This document shows positions 27,985-37,948 of a stretch of DNA of 64,000 bases, one piece after another. The notes beneath the pieces are model-generated. The model searched no databases, was not told where the DNA came from, and saw nothing but the letters and a program-made list of their open reading frames with translations. The number at the start of each line of letters is the position of its first letter. Position 1 is the first letter of the stretch. Origin of the DNA: Azonexus sp. (GTDB taxonomy: Bacteria > Pseudomonadota > Gammaproteobacteria > Burkholderiales > Rhodocyclaceae); NCBI RefSeq assembly GCF_041909095.1, contig NZ_JAYREB010000003.1, positions 136,826-200,825 of the forward strand, written 5' to 3'. The position numbers and the translations under genes are program-made.

Positions 27985-30873
27985 TCAGCCGCAGGTGCCG
28001 ACCGCGCCGCAGGCGGTGCAGAAGTCGCAGCCGTCCTTGCGGATCATCGTGTGGTTGCCGCATTCGCTGCACAGCTTGCCCTGGGTCGGCAGCACCTTGT
28101 TGCTGGTGGTGTCTTCCGGTGCTTCGAGGATGCCCATCTGCTGCAGCGGGAAGCCTGCTTCGTCGAGCACGCCGAGCATGGCGTAGCGGTGGATGATCAA
28201 CTGGGCAATATAGGCGACGGTGGACGGCCAGGTCTGCTGCTTGCGCGAGCCGGGAACGAAGGCCATGAAATCGCCGAGCGGCTCGGAGTAGTCGAGCAGC
28301 TTCCTGAGCTTCATGCCGATCCAGGCCGGGTCGATGACGCGCATGTCGAGCGAGAGGAGCTTGCACAGGCCGTCGAGGGAGCGTGGGTAGTTGCCGGACA
28401 GCCACATCGAGTAGGGGCGGGTGACGCCGTCGGGCAGGGTGATTTCCTTGAGGCCGAGGACGAAATCCTCGCCGGTCGACGGGTTGTTGACATCAACCGT
28501 CCAGGACAGCGTGCCGTCGGTGCCGGTCTTCGGCTCCTTGGTCGAGAACAGGGCGTCCTTGACCGGCGTCGGGCCGTCGTGGCCGAGGGCGCCGAGCTGG
28601 TTGACGCGCCAGTGAATGACCTGGGCCATGGCCGAGACAACGGACGGCATGCGCTTCTTCTCGCCGTGCGGCGGCATGTGCATTTCGAAGGCGTCGCCCG
28701 GCGTCTTGGCCAGGGCTTCCAGCTTCATCTCCAGCCAGCCGTGGTCGTTGGCGCGCATGTCCATCGACAGGGTCTTGGCGACGGCGCCCAGACCGCGCGG
28801 TTCGGCCGGACCGTTGGCCCAGACTTCGAACGGCCAGGCATGGCCTTCCTGTTCGACGTGGCCGACGAAGAGGGCGAACTTGCCGATCGGCGAATCGACC
28901 ATGTAGGTCCAGCACAGGTTGCCTTCCGGCAGGTTCGGGCGGCCCGGCCAGCGCAGGCTGGAGAGCACCGGTGCCGGCAGGTTCTTGATCGACAGGCGGC
29001 GGTTGGCGTCGGTGACGAAATCCTGCGGCGACTTGTCGTCGTCGGCTTCGGTCTTGGCCGGTTCGACCGACAGGACGGAACCGAGCACGCTGTTCGGACG
29101 ATAAGTGGCGAGGCCCTTGAGGCCGGCCTTCCAGGCTTGCATGTAGAGATCCTGGAAGTCTTCGTAGGGGTAGTCGCCGGGAACGTTGACCGTCTTCGAG
29201 ATCGATGTGTCGATGAACGGGGCGACGGCGGCGACCATGTCGGCGTGCGCCTTGGCGGAAATTTCCAGCGCCGTGACGAAGTATTCCGGCAGCTTGGTCA
29301 CGTCGCCGCCCTGGTGCTTGTATAGGCGCCAGGCGTAGTCCTCGACCGAGTATTCCTTGATCGTGCCGTCCTGCATCCGCTTCTTGCGGTTGTAGGTCCA
29401 GGAGAACGGCGGCTCGATGCCGTTCGACGCGTTGTCGGCGAAGGCCAGAGAAATCGTGCCGGTCGGCGCGATCGACAGGAGGTGCGAGTTGCGCAGACCG
29501 TGCTTGCGGATTTCGGCCTTGACGTCGGCCGGCAGGCGCGAGGCGAAGTTGCCGCCGGAAAGATACAGTTCGGCGTTGAACAGCGGGAAGGCGCCGCGTT
29601 CTTTAGCTAGCTCGACCGAGGTCAGGTAGGTCGTGTCGCGCATGAATTCGCTGATGCGGGCGGCCATCGCACGGGCTTCCGACTTGTCGTAGCGCAGGCG
29701 CAGCATGGCCAGCGTGTCGCCGAGACCAGTGAAGCCGAGGCCGACGCGGCGCTTGTTGGCGGCTTCCTGCTGCTGGCGTTCGAGCGGCCAGTGGGTGGCG
29801 TCGAGGACGTTGTCGAGCATGCGGGTGGACACGCGGCAGACCTCGGCGAAGGCGTCGAAGTCGAACTCGGCCTTGCTCGAGAAGGCGTCGCGCACGAACA
29901 GGGTCAGGTTGATCGAACCCAGGCAGCAGCAGCCGTAAGGCGGCAGCGGCTGTTCGGCGCAAGGATTGGTGGCCTCGATCACTTCGCAGTAATTGAGGTT
30001 GTTGTCCTTGTTCATCCGGTCGAGGAACAGGATGCCCGGCTCGGCGTGGTCGTAGGTCGATTTCATCACCTGGTCCCACAGCTCGCGGGCGCGCAGCTTG
30101 CGATAGACCCAGGTGCCGTCGTCGCGCTGGTAGGCGCCGGCCGCCTTCATGTCGGCGTTCGGTTCGGCGCGATGGGCCAGCTCGACATCGCCGTCAACAT
30201 CGACGGCCTGCATGAAGGCATCGGTGACGCCGATCGAGATGTTGAAGTTGGTCAGGTCGCCCTTGTCCTTGGCGTGGATGAATTCCTCGATGTCCGGATG
30301 GTCGCAGCGCAGCACGCCCATCTGGGCGCCGCGGCGGGCGCCGGCGGATTCGACGGTTTCGCAGGAGCGGTCGAAGACGCGCATGTAGGAGACCGGGCCG
30401 GAAGCGCGCGACTGCGTGCCCTTGACGCGGGCGCCCTGCGGACGGATCGACGAGAAGTCGTAACCGACGCCGCCGCCGCGGCGCATGGTCTCGGCGGCCT
30501 GGGCGAGCGCGGTGTAGATGCCGGGGCGGCCGTCGACGTTTTCGACGATGGAGTCGCCAACCGGCTGCACGAAGCAGTTGATCAGCGTCGCCTGCAGGTC
30601 GGTGCCGGCGGCGGAATTGATGCGGCCGGCCGGGATGAAACCGTTTTCCTGGGCCCACAGGAAGCGCCCTTCCCAGTGCGCACGGTCGGCTTCCTGCTCG
30701 ACCTGGGCGAGCGCCCAGGCGACGCGCTTGCGCACGTCGTGGACGTTGGTTTCCTTGCCCTTGGCGTACTTTTCGATGAGCACCTCGCCGGAGATTTCCT
30801 GCTCGGGCAGCGGCGCGAATTGCGGCGGTGCAGGAATGTCGGTCAACGACAACTGCTCGGCGATTTTGCTCAT
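27985..30873 (-). CDS. nrdJ: Adenosylcobalamin-dependent (class II) ribonucleoside-diphosphate reductase
   Basis: 962 aa. [47 protein letters not shown], and a C-terminal Cys-rich tail CSECGNH...CDFCTACG. Confidence 0.95.
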   Translation of the reverse strand: MSKIAEQLSLTDIPAPPQFAPLPEQEISGEVLIEKYAKGKETNVHDVRKRVAWALAQVEQEADRAHWEGRFLWAQENGFIPAGRINSAAGTDLQATLINCFVQPVGDSIVENVDGRPGIYTALAQAAETMRRGGGVGYDFSSIRPQGARVKGTQSRASGPVSYMRVFDRSCETVESAGARRGAQMGVLRCDHPDIEEFIHAKDKGDLTNFNISIGVTDAFMQAVDVDGDVELAHRAEPNADMKAAGAYQRDDGTWVYRKLRARELWDQVMKSTYDHAEPGILFLDRMNKDNNLNYCEVIEATNPCAEQPLPPYGCCCLGSINLTLFVRDAFSSKAEFDFDAFAEVCRVSTRMLDNVLDATHWPLERQQQEAANKRRVGLGFTGLGDTLAMLRLRYDKSEARAMAARISEFMRDTTYLTSVELAKERGAFPLFNAELYLSGGNFASRLPADVKAEIRKHGLRNSHLLSIAPTGTISLAFADNASNGIEPPFSWTYNRKKRMQDGTIKEYSVEDYAWRLYKHQGGDVTKLPEYFVTALEISAKAHADMVAAVAPFIDTSISKTVNVPGDYPYEDFQDLYMQAWKAGLKGLATYRPNSVLGSVLSVEPAKTEADDDKSPQDFVTDANRRLSIKNLPAPVLSSLRWPGRPNLPEGNLCWTYMVDSPIGKFALFVGHVEQEGHAWPFEVWANGPAEPRGLGAVAKTLSMDMRANDHGWLEMKLEALAKTPGDAFEMHMPPHGEKKRMPSVVSAMAQVIHWRVNQLGALGHDGPTPVKDALFSTKEPKTGTDGTLSWTVDVNNPSTGEDFVLGLKEITLPDGVTRPYSMWLSGNYPRSLDGLCKLLSLDMRVIDPAWIGMKLRKLLDYSEPLGDFMAFVPGSRKQQTWPSTVAYIAQLIIHRYAMLGVLDEAGFPLQQMGILEAPEDTTSNKVLPTQGKLCSECGNHTMIRKDGCDFCTACGAVGTCG

Positions 30874-30921
30874 TGAAAGCTCCTCTCGGTAGGTGTTGTT
30901 TGGTTTGGAATGGCCGACAAT

Positions 30922-30937
30922 CTACTAGATATAGTGC
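30922..30937. promoter_or_regulatory. Candidate NrdR box upstream of nrdJ
   Basis: On the minus strand it reads GCACTATATCTAGTAG. The core CACTATATcTAGT is one mismatch from the NrdR-box core CACTATATATAGT as I recall it. About 50 nt upstream of the nrdJ ATG. I found no convincing second box. Confidence 0.4.
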
Positions 30938-31040
30938 TATCGAGCAACACGTTGACTAAATGCGGTATTTTCTGCATTAGCCGCAGGTGCTGCCGTCATC
31001 GCCGGAAAAAGCCCGAAAAAACAAGGCGTGGGCGGTAGCA

Positions 31041-31049
31041 GGGGGGGGG
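31041..31049 (+). repeat. Homopolymeric G9 tract (nrdJ / vWA divergent intergenic region)
   Basis: Read directly from the sequence: aGGGGGGGGGt. Confidence 0.9.
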
Positions 31050-31104
31050 TCACCAGAGCGCCAGAAATACTTTGCGGCGGAGCACTGTTTCTTGCTGGAA
31101 GTGA

Positions 31105-31112
31105 GGGGGGGG
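31105..31112 (+). repeat. Homopolymeric G8 tract (same intergenic region)
   Basis: Read directly from the sequence: gtgaGGGGGGGGc. Confidence 0.9.
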
Positions 31113-31220
31113 CGAACGAAAATATGCACTTGCCCTGCCGCTTCATGGCAATATCATGGACTGCTTATCTAGATTGACTTGAGTGCTGGCGCGTTTCACG
31201 CCGCATCGACCTGCTTCTTC

Positions 31221-32360
31221 ATGACTTCGTCCCTGCCGGATCAACACGAAACCCTGCGTCGCTGGCGCCTGATCCTCGGCCGCTATGCCGAGGCGCCGAT
31301 GTCTTCCTGCACCAGTTTTTCCGGCCAGGACTGGCAACTCGATCAAACCCTCGATTTCCTTTACGGGCGCGAATACGAAGGGCGCGGCCTGGTGCGCGGC
31401 GGGGGGGGGGCGCTTGATCCGAGTCAGATTCAGGCGGTCGACTGGCTGAACCGCTCGCGCAAGCTGTTTCCCCGGGATGTCTACGAGCGCATGCAGACGC
31501 AGGCCGTCGAGCGTTACCAGATGACCGAATTGCTCAGCGACCCGGCCCTGCTCGAAGCGCTCGAACCGACACCGGCGCTGACCAAGGCCTTGATTTCGAT
31601 GCGCGGACGTCTTTCCGGGCAGATGCGGGATGCGGTGCGGCAGATCATCCGGCGCACCGTCGACGAGATCACCCGGCGCCTGCGCCAGGACTTCGTCAAT
31701 GCCCTCAGCGGCCGGCGTAACCGGCAGCGGCGCTCGTCGCTCAAGGATTCGCGCAATTTCGATGCGCGGGCAACCATCCTCGCCAACCTCAGGCACTTCG
31801 ATGTTGGGAGCAAACGCCTGCTGATCGAGCGCCCCTTGTTCAACGCCCGCGTCAAGCGCCATCTGCCCTGGGACGTCATCCTCTGCGTCGACCAGAGCGG
31901 CTCGATGCTCGACTCGGTCATCTACAGCGCCGTCCTCGCCGGCATCATGGCCAGCCTGCCGGCCGTCCGGGTCAAGCTCGTGCTGTTCGACACCAGTGTC
32001 GTCGACCTGACGCATCTCGCGCACGATCCGGTGGAAGTACTGCTCACCGTGCAACTGGGCGGCGGCACCGATATCGGTCGCGCTCTGCGCTATTGCGAAA
32101 CCCTGGTCGACCAGCCACAACGGACGGTTCTGGTGCTGATCAGTGACTTCGAGGAAGGGGCGCCGCCCCTGCATCTTCTTGCTGCCGTGAAGCGCCTCGC
32201 CGAATCCCGCGTCACCCTGCTCGGCCTGGCCGCGCTCGACGATGCCGCGACCCCCATTTACGACCGGCTGATGGCGCAGCGACTGGCCGATCGCGGCATG
32301 CAGATCGCCGCCCTGACGCCGCCCCATTTTGCCGAGTGGCTTGCGGAAGTCATGCAGTAG
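31221..32360 (+). CDS. CoxE-like von Willebrand factor A (vWA) domain protein, YehP-like
   Basis: N-terminal RWRLILGRY..., MIDAS motif ILCVDQSGSM with downstream GGGTDIG and LISDFEEG. I chose ATG 31221 over the TTG at 31179. Confidence 0.85.
   Translation: MTSSLPDQHETLRRWRLILGRYAEAPMSSCTSFSGQDWQLDQTLDFLYGREYEGRGLVRGGGGALDPSQIQAVDWLNRSRKLFPRDVYERMQTQAVERYQMTELLSDPALLEALEPTPALTKALISMRGRLSGQMRDAVRQIIRRTVDEITRRLRQDFVNALSGRRNRQRRSSLKDSRNFDARATILANLRHFDVGSKRLLIERPLFNARVKRHLPWDVILCVDQSGSMLDSVIYSAVLAGIMASLPAVRVKLVLFDTSVVDLTHLAHDPVEVLLTVQLGGGTDIGRALRYCETLVDQPQRTVLVLISDFEEGAPPLHLLAAVKRLAESRVTLLGLAALDDAATPIYDRLMAQRLADRGMQIAALTPPHFAEWLAEVMQ
31401..31410 (+). repeat. Homopolymeric G10 tract inside the vWA coding sequence
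   Basis: ggc GGG GGG GGG Gcg encodes RGGGGA at roughly codons 59-64 of the vWA gene. It is the longest mononucleotide run I found in the window. Confidence 0.9.
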
Positions 32361-32421
32361 ATGCTCGCCTGCCAATCATTGATATTTCAATCAAGGGACG
32401 CATCGCTTTGCTGCGTTCTGC

Positions 32422-35349
32422 ATGAGGAATGATGTGTCTCTTATAGACCAAGGAAATCTGGCTGCGCTTTTTTACAGCACCAAGGAAATGAAACGGCGGG
32501 CGCTCAAACGCGTGTCGATTGGCACGATGAATGTGACCAGCGGCAACATCGTTGCCTGCGATCCCATCGTGCAGCCTGACGGCGAGCCGTTTGCGCGCCA
32601 GGTGGCACCGGGTAGTTATGCCGTCGAGTACGTCGAAGGCAATTCACGTCCGGCTTTGCTGGTGCTGTGGCTACGCAAGCGCCAGGCAATCGATCCGGCG
32701 AAGATCACCTGGGAGATGGCCCTCCTCGCCGACCAGAATGCTGCCGATTTGGGCGAAGACGAATACTACGGTTACCCGGTCGACGCCGGTTGGGGATGCT
32801 TCATGGACGCCGATGCCGGGCGCGCCATGGCCGAACGGGAGGAACGCGCCAAAGCGGAAGACCCCGATTTCGACAACTACTACGAGGCCTTCCTGGCGGA
32901 AAAGACCGAGGATTGCGACGCCTTTGTCCATTGCCCATCGGGCGGGCAGGATGCAAGCAACATCATGCTGTGCACGTCTGGCTGGGGCGACGGCTACTAT
33001 CCCAGTTACTGGGCATTGGACAAGCAGGGCGAGGCGGTCGCGCTCGTTACTGATTTCGGCGTCATCACCAACGGCGATGCACGCAGCTCAGAAGACATCG
33101 CCGATGAAGCCTATCTGGCCAGCCTGTCGCCCGAGAAACTGGCGGCGCTGGAGGCCATGACGGCCGCGATTGAGGCCGGCGATGCCGACACGGCAGCAGC
33201 GCTGTGCGCCAGCGGCCTGGTCAGCGCCAACCAAATCATTCCGTCCACCGGCGACACCGCCATCCTGGATGCCATCCGCCTTGATCAGCAGGCCGTCCTC
33301 GCCGCATTGCTCGACGGCAAGCCGTGTCCGGATGTGCCGGGCAAACTCAAGCCCAACCCGCCCGATTACTTCAACTACGCCACGCGCTTGGGGCGTTTTT
33401 ATCAAAAGAAACGCAAACCCCGCACGCCGGAGTCGCTGGATATCCTGCGTCGGAACGCCGGGCTGGCCGAAAAGCCAGGTCGGCAGGTGAGCGCCGCTTC
33501 CGCTGCGGCCTTGCTCGCTTCAAGCGACATCCGCCTCGTCCCGACCGGCGAACTGCTGACGCGTTACTCGCTGTACCGTCTGCCTGGCTACGCCGAAGCT
33601 AACAAGCAGTCACCGCAGCCGTTGATCGCCGTGTGTGACGGCAACCTGACGCTGGATAGCCTGGACCTTGATTTCCCCGACGACGTTTCCGCAAGCCCGG
33701 CCGTCGGTTTCCTGGTCACCGGGAAGCTGACGGTCACCGGCAACATCACCAGCCAGAACAGCAAGGCGCGCAGCCTCGTCGTTCTCGGCGACCTGCATGC
33801 CGGCAATGTCGCCACCAGCGGTGCCGCCCTGCTCGTGCGCGGCAACGTGGTCGTCGATGGCGTCTGGTGCGGGAGCGGGGTGGGGGAATCCTGTATCGAC
33901 GGCGACTTCGTTGCCCGCCTGCTGATCGCCGATCATCACCGCTTTGCAATCGGCGGCGCGACGCGCGCGCCCAGGGCTGCACCGGAAAACACCGGTGCAC
34001 CGGTCCATTGGTCGCAGGCGCTCAAGGAGCCCAAAGGCGACGTGCCGATCCATTTTGTCCTGAACGAAGAATGCCTGGACGACCAGGCCTGGCCGTTCAA
34101 TTTCGCTGTTTTCCTTCAACGCCTGCAGGCCGGCTTGCCGGTACTTCATCCCGACTGCTGCGAAGGCTCGCCGAAACTGGCGCGGTGGCGCAAGGGCAAG
34201 GATTTTTTCACGGATGCCGAAGCGGACTACTACCGCGCTCACTACGAACGCGCCGCAAAGGCTTACAAGCAGGCCGAAGCAGCCGGCTGTCCGACCGCGC
34301 TCTGCCGCTACAAACGCGCCCTGAGCCATTTCAAGGACAAGGAACCGAAACAGGCGATCCCGCTGTTCTCCTGGTGCATCGACAACAATGCCTATCTCGG
34401 CGAGTCTCTGGTCAAGCGGGCTGCAGCGCAAATCATGCTTGTCCGTCAGGGGGAGCATGACGATGAAGCAGCGGCCTGCGCTGCCGCGCGGGCCGACTGC
34501 GCGCGCGTCATCGAAGCCGAAGGTTTTGGCCGTGAACGCAGCCTGCTCGACGCCCTGACCACACTCGGCGACGCGCTGTATCAGGCAGACGAGTTCGAGG
34601 CAGCCCTGGCACCGCTGACCCGAGCCCTGGAAATCGACAGCGCCGACCACGCAGCCAACAGCAACATGGGCAACTGCCTGTGGCATCTCGATCGCAGGAG
34701 CGAAGCCTTGCCCTATCTGGACAAAGCCATCGCAGCCGATCCAGATGAAGATTACGCCCACCTGATCAAGGCTTATTGCCACCTGGAACTCGAAGACTTC
34801 GCCGCCGCCGCGCAGAGCCTTTTCAACTATCTGGAGCGCAGGCCGGATAACCCGTCCGCCCGCGAACATCTGATCCGCTGCCTGGTCATCCTGGACCGCC
34901 TGACCGACGCCCAGGCCCAGGCTTTTGAAATGGACGAGCGCCATCCCGATCACTACCTGGTGAACGCCGACGGCATCATGGCCGACGCGTTGCGCAATGT
35001 GGGACGACATGAGGAAGCACTCAAGCACGCCGAGTTGTCGGCCAGGGCGAACCCGACGCCCGGTCATCATTTCTACATCAAGGGGCTTTGTCACTACGAC
35101 CTGCAGGACATCGACGGCGCGCTCGCCAGCTGGCATGCCCTGGCTGAAGTCGAACCGGACAACGTTTATGTCCTGAACCGGCTGGCCATCGGCTATCTGT
35201 CGAAAAATCCGGACACCGCGCTGAGCTATCTCGACAAATCCCTGGCAATAGACCCCGACTTCGCGCTAACGCTCAAATTGCGGGAGGCGTTCGTCAAAGC
35301 ACAGCCATCGCTGGCCTCGCGCCTGCGCGGCATGTTCAGCCGGAAGTAA
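32422..35349 (+). CDS. Large multidomain protein: N-terminal DUF4241-like domain, central beta-helix-like segment, C-terminal TPR repeats
   Basis: The N-terminus has the DUF4241-type pattern (VTSGNIVACDP...YGYPVDAGWGCFMD...CTSGWGDGYYPSYW). The central part has repetitive V/G-rich strands (GKLTVTGNITSQ..LVVLGDLHAGNVATSG..LLVRGNVVVDG). The C-terminus has several TPR-like units (e.g. ALEIDSADHAANSNMGNCLWHLDRRSEALPYLDKAIAADP). Confidence 0.6.
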   Translation: MRNDVSLIDQGNLAALFYSTKEMKRRALKRVSIGTMNVTSGNIVACDPIVQPDGEPFARQVAPGSYAVEYVEGNSRPALLVLWLRKRQAIDPAKITWEMALLADQNAADLGEDEYYGYPVDAGWGCFMDADAGRAMAEREERAKAEDPDFDNYYEAFLAEKTEDCDAFVHCPSGGQDASNIMLCTSGWGDGYYPSYWALDKQGEAVALVTDFGVITNGDARSSEDIADEAYLASLSPEKLAALEAMTAAIEAGDADTAAALCASGLVSANQIIPSTGDTAILDAIRLDQQAVLAALLDGKPCPDVPGKLKPNPPDYFNYATRLGRFYQKKRKPRTPESLDILRRNAGLAEKPGRQVSAASAAALLASSDIRLVPTGELLTRYSLYRLPGYAEANKQSPQPLIAVCDGNLTLDSLDLDFPDDVSASPAVGFLVTGKLTVTGNITSQNSKARSLVVLGDLHAGNVATSGAALLVRGNVVVDGVWCGSGVGESCIDGDFVARLLIADHHRFAIGGATRAPRAAPENTGAPVHWSQALKEPKGDVPIHFVLNEECLDDQAWPFNFAVFLQRLQAGLPVLHPDCCEGSPKLARWRKGKDFFTDAEADYYRAHYERAAKAYKQAEAAGCPTALCRYKRALSHFKDKEPKQAIPLFSWCIDNNAYLGESLVKRAAAQIMLVRQGEHDDEAAACAAARADCARVIEAEGFGRERSLLDALTTLGDALYQADEFEAALAPLTRALEIDSADHAANSNMGNCLWHLDRRSEALPYLDKAIAADPDEDYAHLIKAYCHLELEDFAAAAQSLFNYLERRPDNPSAREHLIRCLVILDRLTDAQAQAFEMDERHPDHYLVNADGIMADALRNVGRHEEALKHAELSARANPTPGHHFYIKGLCHYDLQDIDGALASWHALAEVEPDNVYVLNRLAIGYLSKNPDTALSYLDKSLAIDPDFALTLKLREAFVKAQPSLASRLRGMFSRK

Positions 35350-35744
35350 TGCCCATGTCGCGATCTGATCAATACTGCCCTGTCAAACTGGGCGATTCGT
35401 GGCCGGATGCCCAGGCGGCACTCGATACGACAGCAGCCTTGGAACCCTATTTCAACGATCCGGCGGTGCAGTCGGGCTGGCACATCAATCTGTTCGAGCG
35501 AGGGATCTGGCTCTTTCTCGATGACGCGTTGCGGATACGCACGCTGCGTTTCGATGCCCCGTTTGCTGGCGCGATAGATGGCGTGCGTATCGGCGACACA
35601 AGCCGGCAGGTCCGTCAGATAAAAGGCAAGTTCGATCGCAAATGGCCGGTCAATGATGGCCGGAAAACCTGGTTGTACGACTCGCCGTTCGTCAGGTTTG
35701 ATTTCAACGTCGCCAGCGATACGGTTGAGACGATCTTCTTGTGA
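35349..35744 (+). CDS. Hypothetical 131-aa protein, translationally coupled (TAATG) to the upstream gene
   Basis: ORF with overlapping stop/start. No recognisable motif. Confidence 0.4.
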   Translation: MPMSRSDQYCPVKLGDSWPDAQAALDTTAALEPYFNDPAVQSGWHINLFERGIWLFLDDALRIRTLRFDAPFAGAIDGVRIGDTSRQVRQIKGKFDRKWPVNDGRKTWLYDSPFVRFDFNVASDTVETIFL

Positions 35745-35798
35745 TTGATCGATTCTTCCCGATGGCGGCAAGCCATGCGCCGGGCAAAAATCGGCCGG

Positions 35799-35815
35799 TT
35801 TTCCGGTTGACCGTG
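35799..35815. repeat. Copy A of the 17-nt motif TTTTCCGGTTGACCGTG
   Basis: Identical to 50582-50598, the right arm of the terminal hairpin. Lies in the 84-nt gap before the SWIM gene. Confidence 0.8.
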
Positions 35816-35828
35816 GAGTCTTGCTGAA

Positions 35829-37880
35829 ATGCACTGGATTGTCGCCTGTCGCGCCTACGACGACGAGACCCTGGCCACGCTCGCCAATCCGGGGCTGCTG
35901 CGGCGCGCCTACAAGGATGTCGAAGCGGGCAAGCTGCGCTGGCTGGAAGAGGGCGCGCAAGGCGGCGTCATCGAAGCCGATGGCCAGCGCGTCAAGCTCG
36001 ACGCTCAGGGACCGCAAAAGGCGAGCTGCGATTGTCCGGCACCCGGCGTGTGCAAACACATCCTGGCCGCCGTGCTGTGGTTGCGTGCACAGCCCGTCGC
36101 CGACCAAAACGCCGTTGCCGGCGGGAGCGACGAGGTCGCCAGCGCACCGGACCCCCTCGCCGATCTGCTCGCCAGCCCGGGCGACCTGGTGCTCAAGGCC
36201 GCTGGCGTTGGTGCCGTGCGCCGGGCGGCCGAGATGCCCGTGATCGAGGCCGAATGGCACGTCCAGGGCGGGGCGCTGGTGATCACCCTGCCTGAACTGG
36301 GGGCCAGTTGTCGCTGGATCGTCGGCGCCGGCTTTGCCGGCATGGTGTCGGAAATCGCTGCCAGGGAACGCAAGCTCTTCCATCTGCTGGCCGTTGCCGC
36401 CGTGCGCCGCGCCGCCGGTCTGCCGGCCTTGTGGGTCGCCTCGCTGCCGGTTTTCGACACCGCCGCGTTGAGTGGGCGCGAGCGGGCTTTCCTGGCACAG
36501 CTGCGGGGAACGCTCGACGAGTTGATTCGGGCCGGACTTTCCCATGTCGGTCGGCAAACCTCGGCGCGTCTGCTGGCGCTCAACATGTCGGCGCGCGCCG
36601 AAGGCCTGCCGCGCCTGGCCGCCCTGTTGCGCAACCTGGGCGGGATGGTCGGCGGGCTGGCTGGCCGCGACCATCGCGTCGAAGAACATGATGTCCTGCG
36701 CCTGATCGCCCAACTCCACGCCTTGAGTGAGGCCCTGCTCGCGATCGGCGAGCTGCGTGACGCAGCGACGGCAGCCCGCATGCAGGCACTGCGCGGACGC
36801 TTGCAACGCAATTATGCGGCTGGCGGCGCGCTCGACGTGCTGCCGCTCGGCGCCTGGTGGTGGCAGACCGACGGCGGCGCCCGCGGCCTGACGCTGGCGA
36901 TGTGGGATATCGCTGCGGCGCGTGCCGTGCAAGCGGTGCTGGCACGGCCGGATGGCAGCGATCGCGGATTTGACCGTCAGCGGGCGTGGTCGCAGATGAT
37001 CCTGTGGGACGGGGCCGGCAGCGCCGAAAGCATCGGCAGCATGCCGTGGCATCTGGAAGCAGTGCGCATGGCGGAAGACGGACGTCTTGCGGTCGGCGGT
37101 GCGACGCAGGCCACGGCGCTGTCGCCCTGGTCGGCCGACGATGCGCGCCTGGCCGCTATCGGCTGCCGCGACTGGACCGACGTCGGTGACGCGCTGCGTG
37201 CCGCAGGCGGCCTGGCCGGGCAGGGCGCCGATCTGATCCTGCTGCGCCCGGCCAGCGTCGGCGAGCCGTGGCTTGATGAGGCGGCACAGCGGATCGAGTG
37301 GCAACTGCTCGATCATGCCGGACGTGCATTGACCCTGCTGCTGCCCTGCGAGGAGCGCACCCGGCAACGGATGCTCAACCTCGAACGCCTGCACGCCCGG
37401 CGGGCGCCGGTGCACGGCGTGCTGGTGCGGGTCGGCGACGCAGCGCGCGGCGAGCTGGAAGTGCTGACGGTCCTGAGCGCCGACCCGCAGGGCATGCTGC
37501 AAACGATTTCCCTCGATTACGCGCATGAAGCTGCGCCGCCCAAGGCCGGGCTGGGGCAGCGCATCCTTCGTCTGCTCGAGAAACGGCGTCAGCAAAAAGC
37601 GCCACCAACACTGTCCACGCCCTCCGCTCTGGCGCGTCTCCTGACGCCCCTGCTGGCTTTCCTGGAAACCCAGGCGGCCCTGGGGCGACTGGTGCTGAGC
37701 GTTGCCGACAGCGAACGCCTGCAGGCCACGGCCGCCGCGCTTGGCGCCGTCGGTCTGGAAAGCCTGCGCCGCAGCCTGCTGGCGCATGCGGCGGCGCCGA
37801 CGGCGGGCAGTCTGCTGCAGCTTTATTACCTAGGACAGCGCCTTCTGGCGATGGAAGGCCTGAGCAGCAGCGAGTTCTAG
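35829..37880 (+). CDS. SWIM zinc-finger protein, YehQ-like
   Basis: CxCx5CxH signature near the N-terminus (ASCDCPAPGVCKHILAAVLWL). The remaining ~600 aa are Ala/Leu/Arg-rich and look helical. Confidence 0.75.
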   Translation: MHWIVACRAYDDETLATLANPGLLRRAYKDVEAGKLRWLEEGAQGGVIEADGQRVKLDAQGPQKASCDCPAPGVCKHILAAVLWLRAQPVADQNAVAGGSDEVASAPDPLADLLASPGDLVLKAAGVGAVRRAAEMPVIEAEWHVQGGALVITLPELGASCRWIVGAGFAGMVSEIAARERKLFHLLAVAAVRRAAGLPALWVASLPVFDTAALSGRERAFLAQLRGTLDELIRAGLSHVGRQTSARLLALNMSARAEGLPRLAALLRNLGGMVGGLAGRDHRVEEHDVLRLIAQLHALSEALLAIGELRDAATAARMQALRGRLQRNYAAGGALDVLPLGAWWWQTDGGARGLTLAMWDIAAARAVQAVLARPDGSDRGFDRQRAWSQMILWDGAGSAESIGSMPWHLEAVRMAEDGRLAVGGATQATALSPWSADDARLAAIGCRDWTDVGDALRAAGGLAGQGADLILLRPASVGEPWLDEAAQRIEWQLLDHAGRALTLLLPCEERTRQRMLNLERLHARRAPVHGVLVRVGDAARGELEVLTVLSADPQGMLQTISLDYAHEAAPPKAGLGQRILRLLEKRRQQKAPPTLSTPSALARLLTPLLAFLETQAALGRLVLSVADSERLQATAAALGAVGLESLRRSLLAHAAAPTAGSLLQLYYLGQRLLAMEGLSSSEF

Positions 37881-37948
37881 TGGTTTATTGCGTGCCCCTG
37901 GCGGGGCGAAATCCGGATGTGCTGATCAAAAACAAGGAGGTCAAGGAG

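Noticed and set aside
27961-30876. Plus-strand ORFs 27961..29325 and 29791..30876
   Set aside because: They are antisense to nrdJ and are high-GC shadow ORFs.
30874-31220. Cobalamin riboswitch or small genes (ORFs 30937..31146 minus strand and 30987..31172 plus strand) in the nrdJ upstream region
   Set aside because: I could not find a B12-box-like conserved core. nrdJ uses B12 as a cofactor and is not normally riboswitch-controlled. The two small ORFs overlap each other, run through the poly-G tracts and lack ribosome-binding sites.
33610-37787. Long minus-strand ORFs 33610..35136 and 35226..37787
   Set aside because: They are antisense to the DUF4241/TPR and SWIM genes, low-complexity, and lack motifs or plausible ribosome-binding sites.
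37880-37948. GTG 37880 (overlapping the SWIM gene stop, TAGTG) as the start of DUF4132 paralog A
   Set aside because: Paralog B aligns from its own Met to the Met at 37949 (MSLLQKMRDVF versus MDLMSKIREYV), and 37949 has an AAGGAGG ribosome-binding site. The coupled GTG cannot be fully excluded.
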